NCBI GenBank assembly: GCA_030586555.1
Contig: JAURAC010000055.1
Span: forward strand, 1-10,380
Source: Candidatus Subterrananammoxibius californiae
Lineage (GTDB): Bacteria; Planctomycetota; Brocadiia; Brocadiales; Subterrananammoxibiaceae
Length of the DNA stretch: 10,380 bases
Reading direction: 5' to 3'
Shown: piece after piece, positions 1 to 6,056 of the stretch
Layout: every line of letters begins with the position of its first letter
Position numbering within the stretch: position 1 is the stretch's first letter
The notes under the pieces: generated by a model
Database searches by the model: none
Told to the model about the DNA's origin: nothing
Seen by the model: the letters and a program-made list of their open reading frames with translations, nothing else
Made by a program: the position numbers and the translations under genes

Positions 1-479
1 GAGACGTCTATTATCTGAAGACCATTCCCATAGTCAGCCACGTATGCCGTCTTGCCAGAGACATGAACACCTGCCGCAAAGCCTGACGTATCGTAACTGC
101 CAAGCAGTATTGGGTTTTTTGGATTAGAGATGCCTATTATCTGAAGACCACTATACCCGTCAGCCACGTAAGCCGTGCTGCCAGAGACATAAACACCCCG
201 TGCAGAGCCTGGCGTATCACATCGTCCAGTCAAGGCAGGATTTCCGGGATTTGAAACATTAAATATAGCAAGGGCATTTCCCGCCGCTACATAGGCGTAA
301 CTCCCGCTTACAGAGACGGCATGAAAGGCTTCTCCTGCAGTGTGCCCCAACAGTCGGGGTGTGAAGGTCTTTGCAAGTGTTGGAAAGGCAATAAGGGTAA
401 GGAACAGGACACAGTAAACAGGGAGCAGGGATTTTTGATGCTTATTTTTCCCTGATTTCTTCTTTGTGATGGATTTCAT
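1..479 (-). CDS. Secreted LVIVD-repeat (beta-propeller-like) protein, 5' part only; runs off the window start
   Basis: Manual translation from ATG at 479, preceded by AAAAGGGG: MKSITKKKSGKNKHQKSLLPVYCVLFLTLIAFPTLA (signal-peptide-like). It continues with ~42-aa repeats such as VSVSGSYAYVAAG..LAIFNVSNPGNP, VYVSGSTAYVADGYSGLQIIGISNPKNP and VHVSGKTAYVADYGNGLQIIDV. No stop before the window edge. Confidence 0.9.
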   Translation of the reverse strand, partial: MKSITKKKSGKNKHQKSLLPVYCVLFLTLIAFPTLAKTFTPRLLGHTAGEAFHAVSVSGSYAYVAAGNALAIFNVSNPGNPALTGRCDTPGSARGVYVSGSTAYVADGYSGLQIIGISNPKNPILLGSYDTSGFAAGVHVSGKTAYVADYGNGLQIIDV

Positions 480-605
480 TTATTGTCCCCTTTTTACACT
501 CAAAATTCACACCATTTACACGCTTGCCTAAAGGAACGCCAGTAATCCGATGGTCTTTCTTTCGGACACACTCTTTAACCTGAACAAGCGTTCGATGTAA
601 TACCA

Positions 606-764
606 ACCTTCGGCTGAGCTCAGGTCGAAGCCTTTAAAAAAGCCTCCGCTCCCAAGGGTAGTTTCTGTGGAAATTATATCACACAATTTTTTTTATACAA
701 GTCTTAAGCATGGCGAAAAGATAAAAAAAGGCAAAGAGGCTTCGACCTGAGCTCAGCCGAAGGT
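606..764. repeat. Perfect 28-bp inverted repeat pair (606-633 and 737-764); each arm is itself an imperfect palindrome
   Basis: accttcggctgagctcaggtcgaagcct at 606-633 is the exact reverse complement of aggcttcgacctgagctcagccgaaggt at 737-764; 103-bp spacer. Confidence 0.95.
673..700 (-). promoter_or_regulatory. Putative sigma70 promoter for the LVIVD gene
   Basis: Minus strand TTGTAT-16 nt-TATAAT with an extended -10 TG (TGaTATAAT). Confidence 0.6.
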
Positions 765-850
765 AAAAAGGCAAAAAGGCTAAAAGGCAAAAAAAGAACC
801 CTCTACCTTTACCTCTTCACCCCTTAACCTCTTAACCTTTTTGCCTTATT
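725..850. repeat. Two degenerate octamer tandem arrays in inverted orientation
   Basis: aaaaaggc/aaagaggc/aaaaaggc/aaaaaggc/taaaaggc (725-788, interrupted by the 737-764 palindrome), then acctcttc/acccctta/acctctta/accttttt/gccttatt (811-850), which are reverse-complement variants of the first array. Confidence 0.8.
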
Positions 851-855
851 TCATA

Positions 856-883
856 TTGACATGTAAAAATTTTGTGGTATAAT
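856..883 (+). promoter_or_regulatory. Consensus sigma70 promoter
   Basis: TTGACA (856-861), 16-nt spacer, TATAAT (878-883) with extended -10 TG; about 60 nt upstream of the ATG at 942. Confidence 0.8.
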
Positions 884-941
884 TCCCCCTCGTATAAACT
901 TCGCTTATCATATCAATTTTTTTATGTTGTGGAGGATGGAA

Positions 942-1760
942 ATGAAAGTGAAAAGGTTATGTACAGCAATTGCAGGAACATTTTTAACAATAGGTCTTAT
1001 TGTCGGTTCAAGTTCCACTGTGAAGTCCTATGCATATACAGAAATAGAGGTTACAGACGGTGGTAATATAACTGGAACTGTTACACTTGAGGGCGATATA
1101 CCACCAGTTAAGATGTTAAACGTGGATTCAGACACTCATCTATGTGTACATACACACGGAAAGACCCCTTCTCAAGCATTGATTGTATCGAAGGATACTA
1201 ATGGAATAAAAAATGTTGTCGTATCAATAGAAAACATCGAAAAAGGGAAAAAATTAGCCCCCTCCAATTCTAACCCCGAACTTAACCAAAAAGGATGCGA
1301 AGAAAAAGGGGGGGAAAAAGGCCCCTCTAATTCTAACCCCGCACTTAACCAAAAAGACTGCGAATTTATACCACACATACTTGTCGTCCCGGCTGGGTCC
1401 AAGATTGATATACTCAATGAAGATGAGGTATTGCACAATGTTCACACTTACGCAATCAAGAACTCACCCATTAATATAGCTGTTTTATATGGTAGCAAAG
1501 TTTGTAAAAGGTTTATGTTTCCAGAAATTGTGCGAGTAAAATGCGATGTTCATAAATGGATGAGTGCATACATAGTTGTTAAAGATAATCCTTACTTTGC
1601 AGTAACGGACGAGAACGGGAATTTCAAGATAGATAACGTCCCAGCAGGAACATACAAGCTTCAGGCATGGCAGGAAACGCTTGAAAATCAGGTGAAGGAC
1701 GTTACTGTAGCGGCAGGTAATGAAGTAAAAATAGATTTTAAATTCACAGCAACAAAGTGA
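942..1760 (+). CDS. Secreted carboxypeptidase regulatory-like domain protein with a cupredoxin-like copper-ligand motif (272 aa)
   Basis: GGAGG at 931-935 favours ATG 942 over 924. N-terminal signal peptide; GGNITGTVT...AVTDENGNFKIDNVPAGTYKLQAWQE is typical of carboxypeptidase-regulatory-like beta-sandwich domains; HNVH plus CDVHKWM motif. Confidence 0.8.
   Translation: MKVKRLCTAIAGTFLTIGLIVGSSSTVKSYAYTEIEVTDGGNITGTVTLEGDIPPVKMLNVDSDTHLCVHTHGKTPSQALIVSKDTNGIKNVVVSIENIEKGKKLAPSNSNPELNQKGCEEKGGEKGPSNSNPALNQKDCEFIPHILVVPAGSKIDILNEDEVLHNVHTYAIKNSPINIAVLYGSKVCKRFMFPEIVRVKCDVHKWMSAYIVVKDNPYFAVTDENGNFKIDNVPAGTYKLQAWQETLENQVKDVTVAAGNEVKIDFKFTATK
1239..1364 (+). repeat. In-frame 63-bp tandem duplication (2 x 21 aa)
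   Basis: EKGKKLAPSNSNPELNQKGCE (1239-1301) followed by EKGGEKGPSNSNPALNQKDCE (1302-1364); DNA nearly identical over the last ~42 nt of each copy. Confidence 0.93.
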
Positions 1761-1767
1761 AGAATAG

Positions 1768-1845
1768 TATTTTGGGGACACTTCCCATATTTTTTAATAA
1801 ACCATCTATTCTTTATCCAAAAATATGGGAAGTGTCCCTAAAATA
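1768..1845. repeat. 27-bp inverted repeat (one mismatch, 24-nt loop) between convergent genes; MITE-like element or bidirectional terminator
   Basis: tattttggggacacttcccatattttt (1768-1794) versus aaaaatatgggaagtgtccctaaaata (1819-1845). Confidence 0.88.
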
Positions 1846-2934
1846 TTACAAATATTGCTCATACCCTTTGTCCTTTAGCAGAGCCACAAGCTTTTTAACA
1901 TCTTCTGCATTCTGTTTGTTACAAACGAGTGTGGCGTCTTTGGTATGTACAATAACGAGGTCAGAAACGCCTACGGTTGTTATTAGGTGTTTATCGTTTC
2001 CGATTATTATGCAGCTTGACGTCCCGATGCCGTAGTGTTTGCCGAGTACAGTATTATCGCCTTGCTGAGTCTTGTTAAGCCTTTCCAAGGCTTGCCAGCC
2101 GCCAACATCATCCCACTCGAAATTGGCTTCGATGACCTTAACATTATCGGCTTTTTCCATAACCCCGTAATCAATAGATATCTTTTCAAACGTTTTGTAT
2201 TCTCTGGTAATGATAGGTTGCGAGAACCGAGCATTGCTGATGCGATTGAGCCCCTCGGATAATTTAGGTAAAAATTTGGCTATTTTTTCAAGAATGACAT
2301 CCGTCTTCCAGACGAAGATTCCGCCGTTCCAGTAATACTCGCCGCTATTGAGGAAGGTCTGTGCCGTGCTTCTATCCGGTTTCTCTTTGAACCCTTTAAC
2401 TTCATAGATAGGACAATTGTTACCACTCAATCTACCTCGATGAATGTATCCATAATTAACTGAAGGCTCGAAGGGTTTAATGCCAAATGTTACAAGAGCA
2501 TTGGATTCTGTAACAACTTTTGCGGCAACATTTAGCGCATTGGCAAATTTATCTGCAGGCTTAATCAGGTGGTCTGATGGCAATACCATCATAACTGCAG
2601 ATGGAGTTCTTTTTTCGATAATTGTCGCTGCAAGCCCGATACATGGCGCAGTATCTCGTCCTACTGGTTCAGCAATGATGTTATCGTGCGGAATTTCTGG
2701 CAGCAGATTTTTAATCTTCCTGGTCTGCGTCTTATTGGTTACAATAAGGATGTTGTTAGCTCCCACAAGCGGGGCGACATTACTGACGGCTTGTTCAATC
2801 ATGGTCTTTTCGCCAGTAATGTTCAGGAGTTGTTTGGGTGTGTTTTGCCTGCTCCAGGGCCAGAACCTTGTTCCCGAACCGCCAGCCATGATAACGGCAT
2901 AACATTGGTATGATTTGCTTTTGTTATTTTGCAT
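1846..2934 (-). CDS. manC: Mannose-1-phosphate guanylyltransferase (monofunctional, no C-terminal isomerase domain)
   Basis: AVIMAGGSGTRFWPWSRQNTPKQLL, EPVGRDTAPCI, PSDH, YGYI, FKEKPD, YYWNGGIF, ISIDYGVMEK and WDDVGGW motifs. Start uncertain (ATG 2934 or 2940), overlapping the rsmE 3' end. Confidence 0.93.
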   Translation of the reverse strand: MQNNKSKSYQCYAVIMAGGSGTRFWPWSRQNTPKQLLNITGEKTMIEQAVSNVAPLVGANNILIVTNKTQTRKIKNLLPEIPHDNIIAEPVGRDTAPCIGLAATIIEKRTPSAVMMVLPSDHLIKPADKFANALNVAAKVVTESNALVTFGIKPFEPSVNYGYIHRGRLSGNNCPIYEVKGFKEKPDRSTAQTFLNSGEYYWNGGIFVWKTDVILEKIAKFLPKLSEGLNRISNARFSQPIITREYKTFEKISIDYGVMEKADNVKVIEANFEWDDVGGWQALERLNKTQQGDNTVLGKHYGIGTSSCIIIGNDKHLITTVGVSDLVIVHTKDATLVCNKQNAEDVKKLVALLKDKGYEQYL

Positions 2935-3655
2935 ACTCATACATAAGCATTGCTGAAATAGCAATAGCTGCAGTTTCGACCCTTAGCGTTTGTGTCCCGA
3001 GACCCACTGGTACGCATCCAGCATTTTGGGCATTCTCTATTTCACCGCCTGAAAATCCACCCTCTGGTCCTATTAAGCACAAAATGTCTCTAACCTCAGA
3101 ATGCTTTTTTAATACCTCTTTTAATAATGGAGTATCAAGGGATGGACACGCCACCAATGCAAGGTCGTAAGCGCTTGCCGTCTCCAGCAGTTTGTCAAGG
3201 GTAAAAACGTCTGTAATCTCTGTAATTGTTTTTCGCCCGCATTGTTTTGACGCCTCGATAGCCACCTTTCTCCATTTTGTTATTTTAGCTTCCCCTTTGT
3301 CATATAATTTTACAACGCTTCGCTCACTTTGCAGGGGTATGAGCCTTTTGACCCCCAGTTCGGTGCACTTTTGAACAAGGAAATCTGAACGCTTTCCCTT
3401 AGGAACAGAAAATGCAACGGTAATATCTATAGGAATTTCCCTGCCTATACTTTTTACCGATTCAATCTCAACCCTTATCTTGTCATGTGCTATTTCAGTG
3501 ATTTTTCCTGTGCATTCATCACCCATACCGTTAAAGAGGCATACGCTATCGCCTACACCGAGCCTCATTACATGTATCATGTGATGGGTTTCATTCCCGC
3601 TTACAATTACTTCTTTACCGTGGAAATCCACAGGGACATAAAAACGATGCGCCAT
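2924..3655 (-). CDS. rsmE: 16S rRNA m3U1498 methyltransferase
   Basis: MAHRFY start, HHMIHVMRL, QKCTELGV, EASKQCGR, IGPEGGFS and LGTQTLRVETAAI motifs. ATG 3655 preferred because the track's start at 3718 lies inside a repeat. Confidence 0.96.
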   Translation of the reverse strand: MAHRFYVPVDFHGKEVIVSGNETHHMIHVMRLGVGDSVCLFNGMGDECTGKITEIAHDKIRVEIESVKSIGREIPIDITVAFSVPKGKRSDFLVQKCTELGVKRLIPLQSERSVVKLYDKGEAKITKWRKVAIEASKQCGRKTITEITDVFTLDKLLETASAYDLALVACPSLDTPLLKEVLKKHSEVRDILCLIGPEGGFSGGEIENAQNAGCVPVGLGTQTLRVETAAIAISAMLMYEYAK

Positions 3656-3709
3656 AATAAAATTATGCTCATCTTTGGAGGGAAGAACGAAAAGGACAAG
3701 GAATAATTT

Positions 3710-3820
3710 GGTAGACAACGAACTTTATGTTCGTTAGACCTAAGATTCGCCAGAGGCGAACATCAACGAGGTCAAACCTCGGTGTTCCATCGCAAAGCTA
3801 AGGACACCTCGTTGTCTACC
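3710..3820. repeat. Inverted doublet of GGTAGACAACG REP-like hairpins (REPIN-like) with a central hairpin and a nested insertion
   Basis: ggtagac-aacgaac-tttat-gttcgtt (3710-3735); ttcgcc-aga-ggcgaa (3746-3760); caacgagg...cctcgttgtctacc (3764-3820). Confidence 0.88.
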
Positions 3821-3827
3821 ACGTCGT

Positions 3828-3853
3828 GTCACCCTGAGCAAAGCGAAGGGTCT
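3828..3853 (+). repeat. CTGAGC..CGAAG-family palindromic repeat
   Basis: gtcaccctgagcaaagcgaagggtct; related to copies at 4748-4772 (reverse), 7578-7607 and 606-633/737-764. Confidence 0.75.
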
Positions 3854-3863
3854 AAAAACAAGT

Positions 3864-4736
3864 TCAGGACTCTTTGCTAACACTCAGAATGACGTCTTCT
3901 TGTTTTACTTTTTTAAAAGGCGAAGCTGATACTACGACAACCCTCTTGCCTTCGTAGTTTTCAATAATCTTTGTTGGGCAGACAAGGACGCACTTTCCGC
4001 AGGAGGTGCATTTGTCATAATCAATTACGGCAAGAAAGTTCTGCACATGAATGGCATCGTAAGGACATTCCTTCTCACACAGCTTGCAGGCTATGCAAGG
4101 ATTACCACATTTTTTCTTCGCCACGGCACCCTTATCGAGGGACTTGCACCTTACATGCACCTTCTTAGATATTGGCAATATGCTTATAAGCGCCTTTGGA
4201 CAAACGGCTGCGCACTTTCCGCAAGCTGTACAGCGTTCTTCTATGATTTCCGGCACACCATCGCTTCCCATGCGCATCGCCTCGAACATACAAGCCTCAA
4301 CGCATGTTCCGAGACCAATACAGCCGTATTCACAGCCTTTTGGCCCGCCATGAAGCAAGGCAGCGGCTCGGCAATCTGATACCCCTTCATAAGCAAACTT
4401 GTCTACAACATTTTTAGCCCTGCACATTACTACGGCAACGCTCTTTTCCTTTGCCTCTGCCACTACGCCCATAATATTAGCAATCAGACGGGCAACGTCT
4501 TCCTGGCCTACTGTGCAACCACTAACAGGCGCTCTGCCTTCTGCAACCGCCTTGGCAAAGTCGCTGCAGCCAGCTAAACCGCATGCGCCACAGTTTGCGC
4601 CGGGCAGCACCTCTATAATCTTTTCTACACGTGGGTCAATTTTTACGGCAAATCTATCTGACACGATAGCCAAACCCAGACCAAAGGCAATCCCAAGGAC
4701 GCCCATTGTTATAAATGTACCAATAATTATACTCAT
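3864..4736 (-). CDS. rnfB: Rnf electron transport complex subunit B (polyferredoxin type)
   Basis: N-terminal membrane anchor, LPGANCGACGLAGC FeS domain, GPKGCEYGCIGLGTCVEAC, and several CxxCxxCxxxCP ferredoxin motifs; directly downstream of rnfA. Confidence 0.95.
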   Translation of the reverse strand: MSIIIGTFITMGVLGIAFGLGLAIVSDRFAVKIDPRVEKIIEVLPGANCGACGLAGCSDFAKAVAEGRAPVSGCTVGQEDVARLIANIMGVVAEAKEKSVAVVMCRAKNVVDKFAYEGVSDCRAAALLHGGPKGCEYGCIGLGTCVEACMFEAMRMGSDGVPEIIEERCTACGKCAAVCPKALISILPISKKVHVRCKSLDKGAVAKKKCGNPCIACKLCEKECPYDAIHVQNFLAVIDYDKCTSCGKCVLVCPTKIIENYEGKRVVVVSASPFKKVKQEDVILSVSKES

Positions 4737-4747
4737 TTTGTATCGCT

Positions 4748-4772
4748 CCTTCGACGAGCTCAGGACAGGCTT
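4748..4772 (-). repeat. CTGAGC..CGAAG-family repeat in the 40-bp rnfA-rnfB gap
   Basis: Minus strand aagcctgtcctgagctcgtcgaagg; its 3' end runs into AAGGAG, 9 nt upstream of the rnfB ATG. Confidence 0.75.
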
Positions 4773-4776
4773 AAAC

Positions 4777-5418
4777 CTATATCATCCCTGAAAAACCGAG
4801 AAATGCGAGCGCCATCAATCCTGTGCAGATGAAGGCAATAGGTAATCCCTGCAAACACGTTGGAACGTTTGCAAGAGCAAGCCTCTCCCTGATACCAGAC
4901 ATGAGCAACATTGCAACCATAAAACCAAGCCCTGCGCCAAACCCCTGAACGGTTGCATGCAAAAAGGAAAGACGCTCCGGCGAATCTGTGGTATTAAGAA
5001 GAGCAACGCCTAAGACGGCGCAGTTCGTTGTAATAAGCGGCAAATATATCCCGAGGCTCTCATATAATGCCGGGCTAAGCTTTCTGAGCGCCAACTCAAC
5101 TATCTGCACAAGGGTAGCTATAACAAGGATATAACTGGCTGTCTTAAGTACGCCTACTAATCCACTTTCTCTAATCGAAGGGAATATCATGCCGATTATA
5201 TTTGAACTCCCCGGCAGTAAAATATAATTATAGACCAACCATGTGACGGCACCTGTCATAGCCATTACGAAGGTAACAGCCATTCCCATGCCGAGTGCAG
5301 ACTCTGTCTTCTGAGTAACGCCCACAAATGGACACAGTCCAAGAAACTTTGCCAGTACAAAGTTGTTTACAAATACAACGCTAACGATGATAAGCAGAAT
5401 ATTTCCAATCTCACCCAT
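4777..5418 (-). CDS. rnfA: Rnf electron transport complex subunit A
   Basis: FVNNFVLAKFLGLCPFVGV, LGIYLPLITTNCAVLGVAL and IRERL...GLMALAFLGFSG motifs; multi-pass membrane protein; adjacent rnfB favours Rnf over NqrE. Confidence 0.95.
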   Translation of the reverse strand: MGEIGNILLIIVSVVFVNNFVLAKFLGLCPFVGVTQKTESALGMGMAVTFVMAMTGAVTWLVYNYILLPGSSNIIGMIFPSIRESGLVGVLKTASYILVIATLVQIVELALRKLSPALYESLGIYLPLITTNCAVLGVALLNTTDSPERLSFLHATVQGFGAGLGFMVAMLLMSGIRERLALANVPTCLQGLPIAFICTGLMALAFLGFSGMI

Positions 5419-5421
5419 AAC

Positions 5422-6054
5422 CTATAATTGATACTCCAGAATCCGTTTCCTGCTTTTTCGTTCCTTTCGCCATTTTAGAAAGCCGAGAATAAGCCCCATC
5501 AAAAGAAAGGCGCCTGGAGCCATTATCATTACCGATGCAGGTTCGTAGTGTTCAGAGATTTTTAGCCCCCAGATGGTGCCTGACCCAAGAATTTCGCGAA
5601 TTGATGAAATTAACATCAATGCCATTGTGTATCCTAACCCAATTCCTGCCCCATCAACTACGGAATGGAGCAAAGGGTTCTTTGAAGCGAAGGTTTCAGC
5701 CCTATACATTATTATACAATTAACTACAATAAGTGCAATAAAGATGCCGAGGGATTCCCCCAATTCTGGAGGGAAGTATGCCTTTATAAACAGCTCAACC
5801 ATTGTTACAAAGGACGCAATCACCACAATAAAACAGGGTATGCGGATTTCCTTTGGTATGCGATTACGAATCAGTGAAATGACTGCGTTTGAGCACACCA
5901 ATACAAATGCCGCAGCGAGCCCCATTGCAATACCGTTCTTCAAGGTTGTCGTCACTGCCAGACTTGGACACAAACCGAGGACAATGACAAATAATGGGTT
6001 ATACTTAAAAAGACCCTTCGTAAATTCGTATCTTAAAGAGTTATTTTCTGCCAT
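5422..6054 (-). CDS. rnfE: Rnf electron transport complex subunit E
   Basis: NPLFVIVLGLCPSLAVTT, IRIPCFIVVIASFVT, LGIFIALIVVNCII, IREILGSG and APGAF motifs. Confidence 0.93.
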   Translation of the reverse strand: MAENNSLRYEFTKGLFKYNPLFVIVLGLCPSLAVTTTLKNGIAMGLAAAFVLVCSNAVISLIRNRIPKEIRIPCFIVVIASFVTMVELFIKAYFPPELGESLGIFIALIVVNCIIMYRAETFASKNPLLHSVVDGAGIGLGYTMALMLISSIREILGSGTIWGLKISEHYEPASVMIMAPGAFLLMGLILGFLKWRKERKSRKRILEYQL

Positions 6055-6056
6055 GG

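Noticed and set aside
480..672. Riboswitch or ncRNA in the long leader of the LVIVD gene
   Set aside because: No conserved aptamer motif recognised; the main structure is explained by the repeat at 606-633. An Rfam covariance search would be needed to exclude it fully.
872..1781. Short alternative-frame and antisense ORFs over the cupredoxin-like gene (872-1066, 1172-1438, 1254-1445, 1485-1781)
   Set aside because: Shadows of a well-supported gene with no recognisable motifs.
4777..6054. NqrD/NqrE identity for the two membrane subunits
   Set aside because: They are homologous, but the downstream gene is a polyferredoxin RnfB rather than NqrF.
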